Of a stretch of 64,000 bases of DNA, positions 1 to 13,068 are shown one piece after another (position 1 is the first letter of the stretch; every line of letters begins with the position of its first letter). The position numbers and the translations under genes were made by a program. Source of the DNA: Camelus ferus (Eukaryota); assembly GCF_009834535.1 (NCBI RefSeq), contig NC_045719.1, positions 7,254,001-7,318,000 of the forward strand, in the 5' to 3' direction. The notes under the pieces are model-generated. The model saw nothing but the letters and a program-made list of their open reading frames with translations. It was not told the DNA's origin and searched no databases.

Positions 1-1039
1 AGACCAAGCACACTATAAAGACCAAGGAGCAATTTTCCCTCATTAAGCCACCCAGCCTAGGAAACTCCTGGTAACTTAAAACACCAAATCTATCTGCACA
101 GACCAGAGCAACCTAGAGCTTTATTCACAGCCCGAGCTACATCTACTGTGGGTGCAGGTTTGGGGATGTGGGTTCACACCCTGACAGTTTGTTCTGTGTA
201 GTAGTGGCCAGTGTGGGTCCAAAAACAAACAAATACTATATCTAAGGGGTCATGTATGAAGAAAATTTTGCCTTTTAATCATTTCTTCATAAAATACCAA
301 AAGAAATTCCAAAACACTTTCAATTATTTATTTCAGAGCCGTATCTGACCTGGAGCTATTTTTTTCTTCTTCTTTAAAAAAGTTATTCCTGTTACCTACC
401 TGCATTAGTGCTTTCAGGAAAGAACACTCAGTGGAGAGTGCACAGGTGGGGGGTGGCAGGCAGGAGGCAGCGCTGGGACCCCAGAAACTCAATGGGGCCT
501 ATAGATTGATAAGAGCAGCTTTTTCTTGCTCCCATTTCTCAGGTCTGTTCCCACTTGACACTGTGTTCTGCTTCACCGTAGCAAGGAAAAAATAATGCAG
601 AACTTTCCTGCTGCTTTAGGGTGGGTTGGATGAGGAAATCTTTCATTAAAAAGGAGATTTCTCCAAGCCCCACATTGCTTGAACAGTTTATAAATGAAAT
701 TAGGGTGATCAAGACATGGACACTTTTAAAACTCGCTCCTTCTGCTGGGCTGCCTTCATCCTAGCATGCATCCCACTGGTCCTCAGGTCCACTTCAGTAT
801 CTGGTCTCCAAACAGCCAGCTAGATTGGCCAGTCACATCCTTCAGCTGAAGGTTAGCTTCAGTGTGTGACAAAAGGAATTTCTTAGAGCAGTGAAGACAG
901 ATGATTCTGTTTCTAATTTAGATACCAGATTATAGAAATAAGCAGACACATGAAAAAGAAACTATATGCCCAGTGCCATGGTAGGGCTTTATATACATTA
1001 TCTCACCTAATCTTTATACCATGAAATATGGATGTTTAT

Positions 1040-1418
1040 GTGGTATATAATATATATACATACACACACAATAGAATATTACTCAGCCATAAAAAAGAAT
1101 GAAATAATGCCATTTGCAGCAACTTGGATGGACCTAGAGATTATCATATTAAGTAAGTCAGACAGAAAAAGATAAATATCATATGATATCATTTGTGGAA
1201 TCTAAAAAAAGATAAAAATTTTATTTACAAAGCAAAAACAGACTCGTGGACATAGAAAACAAACTATGGTTACCAAAGGGGAAAGCAGGGAGGGATAAAT
1301 TAGGAGTCTGGGATTAACAGATACATACTACTACATATAAAATAGATATCCAACAAGGACCTACTGTATAGCAGAGGGAACTACATTCAATATCTTGTAA
1401 TAAGCTCTAATGGAAAAG
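1040..1418 (+). mobile_element. 5'-truncated L1 3' end inserted into a MIR
   Basis: L1 3'UTR motifs. 16-bp TSD aaatatggatgtttat / aaatatgtatgtttat (1024-1039 and 1419-1434). Confidence 0.85.
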
Positions 1419-3706
1419 AAATATGTATGTTTATTCCCACTTTACAGATGACAAAACTGACGCTAAAAGCAGCTAAGCAATTTGTCCAAGCCCATAGCTA
1501 GCAAATAGTGTGGCCAACTCTGGGAAACAAGTCAAAGAGCTCCTGTGCTACCCACAACACCCCTCCCACAAGAGCAAACACCTCAGTCTTCATACTCGCC
1601 TTCATGAACCATCTCACAAACCTCTGAGAACAGAGGAGGGGGTGTGAGAAGAGAGCAGAGCAGAGAGAAAGGGAAGGCCAGTGGCGATTTCATAGTTTCC
1701 TCCCACTCGCAAACACCTGCTCAGATCAGGGTCAACAATGACATCAGCAGAGGCTGGGTTCTCATTCCAGCTCTGGGAAAATGCGTTTAGCACCAAGCAA
1801 AGCGAGGGCAAGAAAGGACAGAGCCAGGCTTCTCCTGGGAGTAGGGTGACACTGCAAACAGCCAAGGCACTCTTAGCAGACAGGAAGCCTCACTCGATTT
1901 TAAAGAAATAGCACTACAAATGACAGATCACATTTTTAAAATACTCACCTTGTCAGTATCTCAATAAACACCACATCTACTTGAAACAATAGGCTGAAGA
2001 TATAATACCTAGTTAACTTTTCTAGTGCCAAATAATAGTATCATTATGTTCTAGCTGTGTTTGAGCTAGAAACAATGCAATGAAATTTTAATGAAAGATC
2101 TCTTAAATTCATACAAAATTCCCTAATTGAAAATGAATCCTCTGTACTCCCAAAGAAACACACAGGATGCAAGCTATGGTTATTATTTTTAAAAAGCAGA
2201 CAATCCATATTAATGTTGTCTTAAGAATCCTTTTTTCTGTTAAACATTTGCCATAATTCAGGGAAATGTTTGCACAGTTCAACATCGCTCAAAATCAAAA
2301 TGCATATACAATTCTATCTGACATCATTTTCAAAGCCCTGCTCCTATCAGATGTTCAGACAGATGAAGAAATTTCATACAAAGCCTCTATTCTTAATGAA
2401 AATCCATCTCTCCTTCATTCCTCACCTCTGGCTGATCATGACAAAAAGAAGCTTTTCCCTAAAGAAAATGGATTCAGTAAGAATGTGGAAAGAGAGACAT
2501 AATGTGTATTCATCCCTCCGCCTGCTGCCAGCTCTTGGGATTTAACTGGCTTTGAAATATGAATAAGCTAGGGTGACTGTTTTATTATTCATCAAAGATT
2601 TATCAGACCTTTAAACTCAATTATACATAGTGACCATGGGACACTTTAAAATAACAATAACAAAATGAGTAATAAAGGAGATCTTTTTAAAATATGTTAA
2701 GAAAGGAAAAATAGAGAACAGTTGTTTAAAATTAATATTAGCCCTCTAAATAAAAATTGTAGCAAGGTACTCCATTCCCCAACAATTAGTTTTTAAAGTA
2801 ATAACTCAATATGCACGGGTTCCTTACTTTCCTGGGGCCCCTGAGAAGCAGTGTTTACCTACAAAGAATCGACAACTTCATTTAGGAGTTAAGCATTGCA
2901 ACAAACCTCTGAAACAGTCATTATGGCCCCAGAAAGCTGAATGAATATTTTTTTTTTAGAAAAATAAAAGGAACAGAAAACACTCAGCTACTCCTTTGCA
3001 GTCCTAGCTTTTGCAATGCTGTGACTTGGCCAAGGTCACAACTAGATAATCATCTTCATCATTTTATTGAACACATATTTACTGAGTCCTTAATATGTGC
3101 TCAACATTGTCTTAAGCACCAATTATAGTGATAAACAAAATCGCCCTGGCCACTGCCCTCCTGGGGCTCCGTGGCTGCAAGGACCACTAGGGTGTGGTAC
3201 CTCCACTGATGGTGGTCCCCTCCTAGGCTGGGGACGGAGGAGGTTTGTACCTGTTGGAGGCAAAAGGTAACAAAGAGTGTAGGATTCCATGAAGCTAGAT
3301 GTATTCAGCTTTAAAAGCTATCCTTTTCCTCAAAACTGTCTTCCTTATTTTGTTAAAATTTCCTTCCTTTTTACAAAATGATGGTGGTAAAAGGATGGTA
3401 GGGGCTTCTTTATGTCCTCAATCAGGAAACTAGTTTTTCTTTTAAAAATTTACTGGCTTATAAAATCCAAGTCTGGGATGCTCTGCTTTGCGCAATACCC
3501 ACTCTTCAGGGTTAGCAGATGAAGAGGTCTCTGAGCATGACAAAAGAGCAGGAAGCAACCAACTTGGTGGGCAGTCAGTTGAAGTGGTCTGGATTTGGCA
3601 ACTATTTCTTCCTACATCTGCAACTTCAGCTTGAAAACGTGATAATAAAGTTAATGAGATGTGTCCCCGAGTTCTGGGGCTGTTACTGTTAATATTTGTG
3701 AAGTGC

Positions 3707-3837
3707 GGGGGAGGGTATAGCTCGTTGGTAGAGTGTGTGCCTAGTATGCACAAGGTCCTGGGTTCAATCCTCAGTCCCTCCATTAAATAAAAAATAAACC
3801 TAATTACCTTCCCCAAGTAAATAAACAAACAAACAAA
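3707..3837 (+). mobile_element. tRNA-derived SINE (Vic-1-like)
   Basis: tRNA-like head with box B ggttcaatcc, A-rich tail and perfect 16-bp TSD aatatttgtgaagtgc (3691-3706 and 3838-3853). Confidence 0.9.
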
Positions 3838-4329
3838 AATATTTGTGAAGTGCTTGAAAGAGGTAAAGGGTTATGTTCAAGCCACACATCATCAAGATTA
3901 CAGAAATGTGATTAGAACTGAGGGGGTGTGCATCTGCAGGGAATGCATTTCAAGAAACCTTAAGGGCTACATCATTAACCTAAACATAAAGGAGTAAGCC
4001 TCCTGTCATTTCCTGGGTGTATTTCCTCCTGAGCAAAGGATCAAGAGCTCCCCGAGTGGCTTCTCTCCCCTCTGGATGCAGGAAGAGCAGTGGACTTGTG
4101 TCTACGGCTGGATTTCCCAACTTAGCTTATCCCAATTCTGGGCCCTTCTGCCAGAGCGAAGGGCGTGGCTGGGAGAAGTGAAGGGGTAGATTCATAAACA
4201 CCTCAGCACTGAGCCTTGAAGTACATACAGCTCTTTCCTACCCTCTGTTGTCAAAACCTGCCACTGGACTCCACTGTGCTCTCAGTGGGAAATGCTTCTG
4301 CCCACAAGCTGTGTCTTATGAAATTCCTA

Positions 4330-4560
4330 GAATCATAGCAATGGCCACCACTGAGTGATCACCAAGCACTGGGTCTTGTGCTAAGTGCTATCCACAGCTC
4401 ATGTTATTCCACTCCCACAGCAGTCCCTGCAGACAGACAGCAGCAGCCTCCATTCCTCATCGAAGAAATTGAGACCTAAAGAGACTGAGTAACTTGCCCA
4501 AGATCACAGAGCACGGGACTTGAACCAACCTGAAAGCCCTGCTTTTAACCATGACAGTGT
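4330..4560 (+). mobile_element. MIR (other MIR remnants near 6560, 7590, 9020, 17545, 28800, 51130, 52000, 61320)
   Basis: MIR core aagaaattgagacctaaagagactgagtaacttgcccaagatcacag. Confidence 0.75.
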
Positions 4561-4734
4561 GTTGCCTCCTGCAGAAGATTGAAGTAAAGCCTGAGGAAAG
4601 CAGGTTTCCTTTCCCAAAGAAAACTAAATCAATTGCAGCTGAGGTGCTCATTTCCGGGGCTGCTGGGAATACGGTCTGCTGAGAGCTCTCAGCTCTGTCC
4701 CTCCACAAGCACTGCCCTCGGCCAAGCTGGGGGC

Positions 4735-4962
4735 TAGTCCTTCTGCCTCAATTCAGGACAATGTGAAAAAGCCCTCCCAGCTGCAGAGCAAACCAGGGAA
4801 TCAGCTGAGACCTCTGCTGCAGCTGCATCCCGGTTCGCCTCCCTCTTTGCCCAATCCTGCTTTCCACCAGTCCTCATAATGCTGTTCCTAAGACCACTTC
4901 CCAATAACCATTTGCACACAAATCCATCTCAGAGTCTACTTCCCAGGGAAGCTAGAATACAA
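4735..4962 (+). mobile_element. LTR16-like ERVL LTR 3' part
   Basis: atccatctcagagtctacttcccaggga is typical of an LTR16 end. Confidence 0.55.
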
Positions 4963-6836
4963 CATTTACAATAACATATGATTTTTATTCTGAAGATTTC
5001 TCTACAATAAGGGATTTATTTTACTAGACTGTCTATAATTGAAAGTTCCAAATGCCCCTACCTGACCTGCAATATTGAAACATGATATGCTGTAAGAAAC
5101 CTCCTGGCCCTCTTATTAATTACTGATATTCTATTATTGATATTCAAGCCATGAAAAGATGTGAGGATAATATCCTTGCTTTGGGGCAATTTGTCATGCA
5201 GCAATAGTCAACTAATACAGGGCACATCTCAGAAGCACACAAAACTGGATGCTGTGGGTTACAGCTCAGGTTTACAAGCATCCAGGGTGTGGGTGTTCCA
5301 GTTTACGCAGAGAACCAAAGTGGAAAGGGGACAAAAATCACAGAACCACATTCCCTTTGTTTGTGGAAGCAGTTAACCAAATTGCTTTATTTGCCAGGTG
5401 ATGTCTCCACCTTACTAGCCTCGTTAACCCAAGAGCTATCTCCTGTTCCCTCAGAGGCCGCACAACAGCACCAGCAGAAGCCCATGAACGGGGGCCAGTG
5501 TTAACAATTTTGCTTACACCATCCGCACTTGGGAAGCAGAGCAGGGGAGTGTGTGATTTGCCACTCGCTGCCTAAAGTAACAAAGCATTTCCAGTTTTCC
5601 CAAGCCTACTGTTTATTTGATCATTCCTAGGAGAAGGCCTAAAGTCCAAATTATCCAACACATTCTTATCGTAAGTTTTTTAAACTGGCTCTGAGCTTTA
5701 CAACTTATCCCCTCTGGTTCATAAAGTACTCCACTTACTTTACCAATTTATCCTCCCAAAAACTCTGTCCTTATCCCTGAACTATAGGTAGGGAACTAAA
5801 ACCCAGGACTATAATTAGAATTATCCAAAGCCACCAAGTAAATTCCAGATGGGCTGGATACTCCAAATGCTCTTTCATCTAAGTAGTTACACAACTCTTC
5901 AGTATGTGTGTGTAAGTGTATGTGTATACGTATTTTATTTGCTATTTCCTCAAGAGTTATTTCCACAGTCTGGGCTGCTATTTCAATAGCCTCTTGTTTC
6001 TGACCCATTCTGCTAGAGTTCAAGATGTACCCAGCACAGTTTGAGCTAATTACTAGAGGGAAGCATAAAGCTGTCATTTGATGTGGCAGCAATTCATATA
6101 TGGTAAAACAGGTTTTTGAATTAAAAATGACACCTCAGAGTTAGACAATGGGGCAGAATACGTAAACATGAGAGCTGCCCTCAAACCTAGAATATGTGTT
6201 TAAATACATCCACAGATGTACTTTAAAGACATCCACACATTTGTATGTTCAACATCACTAGTAAAAATCCTTGTTGAAGCAAGCCTGAGCTCGTAGGTTA
6301 AGCTCAACAAATACTTGGTAACTGAGTGGTTTGTGCAGTTACAGACTTGAAAGGAACACAAAGTTACCAAACAGACAGCCTAAATCTCAGGAGCTGAAAA
6401 GACTAATTATTACAAGTAACTCTGTCATCATCTATGCATAAAGGAAAATGTCTTCTGTTTCTTACTAATTTACTAGGGAAACTGATGGGGGGGGGAACAC
6501 CTCCTATCTGCATAAAATTAGGTTAAATGATTTGCATAAACCATTCCACTTGTTCTCAATAAGAAACCCTCAAGGTAAATACTACTGCTGCCATTTTCCA
6601 AGTGGGGAAAATGAGATTCAGAGGGGTTAAATAACTTGCCCAAGGGACACAGCTACTAACTGCCTCTTGAATAAAAGAGATAAAGGCCGAAACCAACAAA
6701 AAAAAAAATCCCACTGGAAGGAGCTCCAGGGGCTTCCCTACTATTTTGTTATTGTAAAATTGCATTTCATTGTTCTAGTAGAAGGCATATTTCTAGCCTA
6801 CTTGAAAAAAGAGCTGACATCCAATTTATTTAGTAT

Positions 6837-7381
6837 TGTCAGGGAGGGGGAAATTTCCCCCTCTAACCATCTTGAGTTCTTGTGGCCGGACTAATAATAA
6901 ACTTGACACAAGACAGATGAACAGGAGAAAAAGAAACACATTTTAATTCAGATGCACAGAGGTCTCATAGAAATAGTACCTAAGAAGTGGCAAAAGCCGG
7001 CAGCTTTTATACTTTTTACACAAAGAAACAATAAATTTGTGAGGAATTGACAGGACCAAAGAAATCTAGGTTTGGGGTGCTCAGTTAGTGAAGAGTATTA
7101 ACAGAGTTTGGGCTTGGGGTAGTAAATTAAAGAAGTAACAAGGTTTGTTCATATAGGCTTTTTGACCTGAATTCCCTATCTATCAATTAAGAGTGTCTTT
7201 CCACTTCCAAATGCAAGGAGTGCACCTTTCACATGGGAGATGTAGTTCCTACTTCCAGAGAAACAGGGAAGATGGTCAGAGTGTCCCTCTTACACTAGCT
7301 GTTTTTTCAGTAATTTTGAATCAAAATAATCAATATATCATTGTGGCATATTTTAGGGCTACCCGCCCTGAGCCCCCAACA
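6837..7381 (-). mobile_element. Solo ERV1 LTR (MER34/MER39-like family)
   Basis: TG...CA ends and near-TSD GTAT/GCAT. Clear similarity to the LTRs at 18857 and 23444. Confidence 0.8.
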
Positions 7382-8494
7382 GCATGTAATCAAGTCAATC
7401 AAATTATATATTTAAAGCCCAGCTGGGGCTATTCCTTTCTTCTGCCCATAATTGGGGTTAGAGGATAGCTTTATTTAGGTGGACTTTCTTTATGTGGAAA
7501 ATATAATCTTGGAGCATAAAGAGACGTAAGAATTACGAAGAAGCTACTATTTGATGGGAGAAGTGAAGTTGTAATAGAAGTTGTAATAATTATAATGACT
7601 CATTATTTAATGCACTATTTTAAGTACTTTATATAAAATAACATTTAATCCTCATAACAATCCTATGAGGATACTATGATCATCCCCATTTTATAGGTGA
7701 AGAAACTGAGGCACATAGAATTAAAAAGCCTGCCTCAATCCCCACTGAGCAAATGGAAGAACCAACATTGCAACGCCAGAATCTGGGCTCTTAAACACTA
7801 AGAATTACCAGAAATTAAGGTCCTCTTGGCTTTTCTCCTCACCCCCCACCACTCCATAGCACAAGGGCTCTTAACCCTTTCCTCTGTTACGGAATGACCA
7901 TGATTAAAGAAAGGAAACTGGTTTTGAATAGGATTTTTTGTTATATGAGATGAAGCCTAGTCTATTTCGAAACTCGGGGAATACTGTTTTACACCCCCAT
8001 CCCACTGCAGCTTCCAAGCAGACATTCCCTCCCTTTTCCATCCCAAATAGGTCTGTCTTATGTCTGAGTTACAGCAGCGAAGTATACTAATGACACAAAG
8101 CATGCCATTCACAGCCAATGCATATGCATTTTAACAGAGACCTTCAAATACTGCTTGAACCCAAAGGACACCCATTAACTACGGAGTTGCAGGCACCATA
8201 GCGGGTCTGGGGAGCTGCGTGAAGAACACTGGGCTCCTGGAGGAATTCATCCAACGGGGGGCGGGGGCAACCAGAGCGATACTCAGTTGTGTAGTATGCA
8301 ATATATGGTAGTATAAACAGGCAAATATATAGCATTATGAAGTAACACCAACGAACTTTTAGGTAAATTAACCTTAAAACGTACACTGAGGGATTCAGAA
8401 TTAGGCAGATCCAGCTCATGATGATAAATAAAGTAGTAGACATTACAGAATGAGCATTTCCTCTAGACACTTTCTAAATTAGGACAATGTCTAA

Positions 8495-8990
8495 AAAGAA
8501 AACTATAGTTACCAAAAGGGAAAGGAGGGGGAGGGATAAATCAGGAGTTTGGGATTAACGGATACATACTACATATAAAATAGATAACCAGCAAGGTGCT
8601 ACTGTAGAGCACAGGGAACTGTATTCAACACCTTGTAATTACCTATAAAGGAAAAGAATTTGGAAAAGCAAAGCACCATGGACGGGGTGGCTTATAAACA
8701 GTAGAAATTCACTTCTCACAGCACCAGAGCCTGGGAGTCTGAAACCCAGCTTAACTGGGTTCCCGTGAGCCCTCTTCCGGGTTGCGGACGCCAGCTTCTC
8801 ACTGTAATTTCACACGCGGAAAGAGAGTGAGAGGGCTCTCTGGGGTCCCTTTTAAAAGGGCACTAACTCATTCAGGAGGGTTCCGCCGTCGCAAATGACC
8901 TAATTATCTCCCAGAGGCCCTCCCTCCTAACACCCATTCCATTGGTTAATATTTTAACACACGAATTTGGGGGGACAAACATATGCATCC
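8495..8990. mobile_element. L1 3'UTR fragment (+, ~8495-8665) followed by an MLT1 LTR (-, ~8665-8990)
   Basis: Recognisable L1 3'UTR and MaLR motifs (ggcttataaacagtagaaattcacttctcacag; aatttggggggaca). Confidence 0.7.
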
Positions 8991-9184
8991 TTCACACATA
9001 CAGGGTCTCAGTTCTCCTAACAAGGCCGTGAGATAGCAGTTTTACGCACATTTACGAGTGAGGACGCTGGGCCTCAGAGAACGTAGGAGACTTGACAGTC
9101 ACCCAAGAAACCCACTGACAATTCCCAGTGAACAAAAATAGCACCTGGGTAATAAAACCAAGTCTAACCTTTGCTTTTCTCCTT

Positions 9185-9630
9185 TGTGCGTAGTCTAGGT
9201 TCTCTTGCTCACGGCGGAGCTGCGGGCAGAAGCCTCACTCCCAGCGCTTCAGACCAAAGCTCCTGCGGCGCAATGGCGGCCAGACGCCGGAGCTGGGCAG
9301 GCCGTGTGCAAAAGGCTGTGCGCGCACCTCAACCCAGGCTGGCAGCGGCGGGGCGTGTGCAGAGACGCTGCTTCCCGCCCCGAGATCTGGGGCGGAGCAT
9401 CGCAGCTGCGCCTGCGCGCTGGCGGGGACGATCCCTTCCGCCCACTGAACTACCCTCACAGCCAGCTGATCCCTATAGAGCAGCCCGCCCACCGCCTGTC
9501 AGGGGCACAGGTGCGCTGGAGAGTGAGCTACCACATCTCCATTCTCTGACAAAGAATAACGCATCCGTTTGCTTCTGAACCGAACTCGGCCTCGTTCTGT
9601 CGGCTCGAGAGACACGGGCAGGAGGACACT
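9185..9630 (+). mobile_element. Probable 5' LTR of a class I ERV, highly CpG-rich
   Basis: GC box GGGGCGGAG (~9389), TATA-like CTATAGAG (~9473) and degenerate poly(A)-like AATAAC (~9555) lie directly upstream of gag-pro-pol remnants. Boundaries are approximate and no clear PBS was found. Confidence 0.55.
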
Positions 9631-10369
9631 TCTGTGGCTTGGCCACTCCACCAGGTTGGACCATGGCCTTTCCTCCTGCCCTCATCCGGCTGGCACTGGC
9701 TCAGGGGGAGGACAGAGGAGGCTTTGGGAGGTTTGCCTGAGGATCATTGCCTCTGGTCTTTGAGGACTCTGACGGGGGAGGCTTCCGAATTCAAAGTAAC
9801 TCTGCCCAGCAACGCAATCCCCAGATGATTCTTCACTGAACAAGGCTCCACAAACTCTCCTCCCGGGCTCGGCACAGGATCCCGGCTGCCGCAATCTGGT
9901 GCGTACCCCGCGAGAATCCCTGGGGCTGTTAGCTATCACCTGGAGGGAAGTCCAAAAACTCCTCCTTTTCAGCTGAAAGGAGGAAAGAGAAGGCCGTGGC
10001 CTCAGACAGCAATGCCAGCCCTTAACCAGCAAAGATGGCGGGGAACTAACGTGACTAACCTGCTCCAGCCGGAGGCCGTCCCATCCAACCTCCTGCAGGA
10101 CATTCTGCTTAAGGAGGGACTATCTTAAGCAGGGGCCATGACGAATTCAAGGGGGACCCCAGTTATAGCAGAGTCCATGCTAGTTAGACACTTCCTACTT
10201 TGGTCTTTTGAGGAATCCATTAACAGTGTGGTGCTGATTCCAAATCTCCTGAAACGAAACTCTTATTTAGGTCAAATCTTGTGGCGTCTGTGTGCCAACA
10301 AATGATTCCAACTACCCCCTCCGTAGCTGGGAACAACTGCAGAACTGGAAGTTTTTCAGGTGTCGATCA

Positions 10370-10645
10370 AACTAGAAATAGAACCAAATACCCCTACACC
10401 TCACCTGGTCGAGGTTGCCTACTGGGTGTTTAATAACCAAAATATAGAAGGGAATTCCACCTACTGGCTGTTGCCCTCCGATGTCAACTGGTCGGCTCGG
10501 GAATCTGGACTAACTGCCCACGGAGACTCTCAACTCTGGTGAGTAACCCCTGGCTCCCAGAGGGCTAGCAAACCAAGGGAACTGGGACCCAGATAATGTG
10601 CCAGATGTAAATAAGAGGGACACTGGAAGAGAGAATGCCCTCATT
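10370..10645 (+). pseudogene. ERV1 gag remnant (CA C-terminus and NC zinc knuckle)
   Basis: KLEIEPNTPTPHLVEVAYWVFNNQN resembles class I gag. The knuckle CARCK*EGHWKREC at 10597-10638 carries an in-frame stop. Confidence 0.85.
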
Positions 10646-10769
10646 GCCCCCAAAGGGGGATGGAAATGGCAGATCCCAGCCACTACCCTCAAAGGCAGTT
10701 GGTCCAAATAGATGAAGAATGACAGGGCCGGGGGGTTCTAAGCTGGCTGCGAGTGCAGTTGACCCCCGA

Positions 10770-11362
10770 GGAGCCCCGGCTGACGTTGGACATGGGGGAA
10801 AATCCTGTCAAATTCTTAGTCGACACCGGTGCCTGACGTCTGGGCCCAGGTGGGCAGGAGAAGCTGCAGGAGCCAGTCCATGACGGTCCGTCGAAAATCC
10901 AGATATATATTCCTAATGGAAAACAAGGCCTCCATTGGGAGGCCCTACTGGTCATTGCCCCTGTGATACAGGGCCTAACTGACCAGGGCATTATTATACC
11001 TTGCCAATTATCCTGTAAGACCCCCATGCTCCCCATAAAGAAACCCAGTGGGGAATACTGGATGATACAGGACCTCAGGGCAGTGAGTGAAGCCTCGATG
11101 ATACACATCCAGTAGCCCCTAATCCTACAGCCTGCTGGTCACTGTCCTCTAGGACCTGGTACTCTGTATTAGATTTAAAGGATGCTTTCTTCTGTTATCC
11201 ATCAGCCCCAGAGTCACAAGAAATATGTGCTTTTGAGTGGCAGGACCGAAACACACAACAAAAGTACTGCTGGACAGTAATGCCCCAAGGGTTCAAAAAT
11301 TCCCTCTCCGTCTTTGGGGGAAACTTAAGCTAAAGACCCAAAAGATCTACATCTGGAGGAGG
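10770..11362 (+). pseudogene. ERV1 protease remnant and 5' half of RT
   Basis: FLVDTGA (DTGA at 10822-10833), TPMLPIKKPSGEYWMIQDLRAVSEA, VLDLKDAFF and WTVMPQGFKNS, with frameshifts and a deletion after the protease active site. Confidence 0.92.
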
Positions 11363-11956
11363 TGTTGCTGGAGAGTAGGATCTTGTGTTGCAGAGAGAAT
11401 TCAGAGACACAGAGGTCAGGAAAGTAAACTGAGGATTTATTAAGTGATAGGATGCTTTCAAGGGGAGCGCTGGCAGACTCTGGTGAGTGCTTCCCTGTGT
11501 TTCTTTGTCAAGCTGGTCACACAGAGTGTAAGAATGTATGGGCGAGATACTCATTGGAGAGGGAGGCATTTGGGGTCGTATTCCCTGATTTCCATCCCAG
11601 CTCTGCCTTCCCAAGGGGAGGAGAGATTTTTGTCCTTACTTAGCCTGGATCAGAAGCATCGTGGCGCCGGTGCATGATGGGTATTTCTAATCTGCAAGGC
11701 TAATTTTATTGTAACGAGGGCACAATGAGCAAAAGGTTACATTCAGATGCTGAAGATCCCTGCCTTTTCCTACCTTTTTTTGTCTGCCTCCAGGACACTT
11801 GTCATCCCAAAATGTGTGATTTCTCATCAGTGTAGAGGTTCGTGCTTTTCTCTGTCTGCCCAGGGACACTGGTTGTTCACAAGATGTATGATTTCCTGCC
11901 ATTTGGCCCATGCCCCCCTTTCTCTGTTTATACATACCTGTCTGCCTGCTCTAACA
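11363..11956 (-). mobile_element. Solo ERV1-type LTR (594 bp) nested inside RT
   Basis: TG...CA ends, 4-bp TSD GAGG (11359-11362 and 11957-11960), and AATAAA on the minus strand at 11441-11436. RT motifs resume exactly after it. Confidence 0.9.
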
Positions 11957-13068
11957 GAGGGAACCCTCCTCCAGGATGTAGATGACATTCTGATCAAAAG
12001 CCCTTCTAAGGAGGCCTCTGACAAAAATACTGTAACCACCATGAACCACCTAGCCAATCAAGGATATAAGATGTCCAAGAAAAAGGCTCAAATATCACAA
12101 ACTAAATTGACCTACCTGGGCTTCATTCTCACAGCAGGTCAGAGAAGCTCACTCCAGGAAAGGAAAGAAGCCATTTACAGCCTCGCCCCTCCTAGAACTA
12201 GAAGACAGCTTAAGGGGTTCCGGGGAATGGCTCAGGTTTACTGCTTCTGGATCCCTCACTGTGGTCTTAATAGCTGGGCCTCTATATGAAACATTGAAAG
12301 GAAAGGATGATGGTCCTTTTGAATGGAATTCAGAATGTGAAAGAGCCTTTTAAGAACTGACAAAGCAATTGCTTCAGGCCCCTGCCCTGGATCTCCCAGA
12401 TTTAGCTAAACCCTTTGACTTTACATTCAAGAGAGAAGGAGAATTGCCCTGGGGGTATTAGCTCAAAAACTGGAACCTCTTACTCCAGGGGTTGCTCATT
12501 TCTCTAAACAATGAGATCAGACTGCTGAGGGATGGCGTCCTTGCCTACAGGCAGTGGCAGCTACCACAACCCTGCGGAAGAGGTTAACGTCTGGCCAGTC
12601 ACTGTGTGGCCTCCATGCCAGGCTCAGCCTGTAGTAAGTTCTAAGGAGCAGAACAGCTGTCCCCCGAAGGTCCATTCAAGTTCAGATTGTGCTTTTAGAC
12701 AACCCAGAGGTTACTATGTCACGCACTAAATTCTGCCACCCTGCAACCCACAGAAACGGGGCCCCTGGAGTATGGGTGCGTAGAAACCATAGACACAATC
12801 TATTCTAGTCGCCCCAACCTAGGAAGTGAGCCTCTCCCAAACACCAAAGAGGAGTGGCTCACACATGGGAGCCACTTTCTGAGAGAGGGAAAAAGGCTAG
12901 CGGGATGTGCATTGACCTCCCAGACTCAAGTCTTAGAGGCATGAAGCCTACCCCCAGAGGTGGAGCTGACAGCCCTTGCTCAGGCCTTAGAGCTTGGGGC
13001 AGGAAAGATCCTGAATATTTACACAGATTGCCATCCTACACACATAGGGGGCTATTTGGAAGGAAAGA
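11957..13068 (+). pseudogene. ERV1 RT 3' half, tether and RNase H remnant; integrase, env and 3' LTR absent
   Basis: GTLLQDVDDILI (YxDD mutated to DVDD), LTYLGFIL, QAPALDLPDLAKPF and ELTALAQALELGAGKILNIYTD. Truncated at an L1. Confidence 0.92.

Noticed and set aside
3707-3780. tRNA-like sequences at the SINE heads (eight places) as tRNA genes
   Set aside because: They have A-rich tails, TSDs and mutually diverged heads, which marks them as SINEs.
9185-9203. TGTGCGTAGTCTAGG resembling a tRNA-Ser PBS (TGGCGTAGTCGGCAGG)
   Set aside because: The match is partial and gapped, upstream sequence is MIR/MLT rather than an LTR, and U3-like signals lie downstream. Treated as coincidence, though it leaves the LTR boundary uncertain.
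9171-9828. Cluster of ORFs over the GC-rich LTR/leader
   Set aside because: GC-content artefact with no retroviral or cellular protein motifs.
11747-12289. 180-aa ORF as a functional gene
   Set aside because: It is chimeric. The first ~70 aa come from the nested antisense LTR and the rest is a decayed RT with DVDD in place of YxDD.
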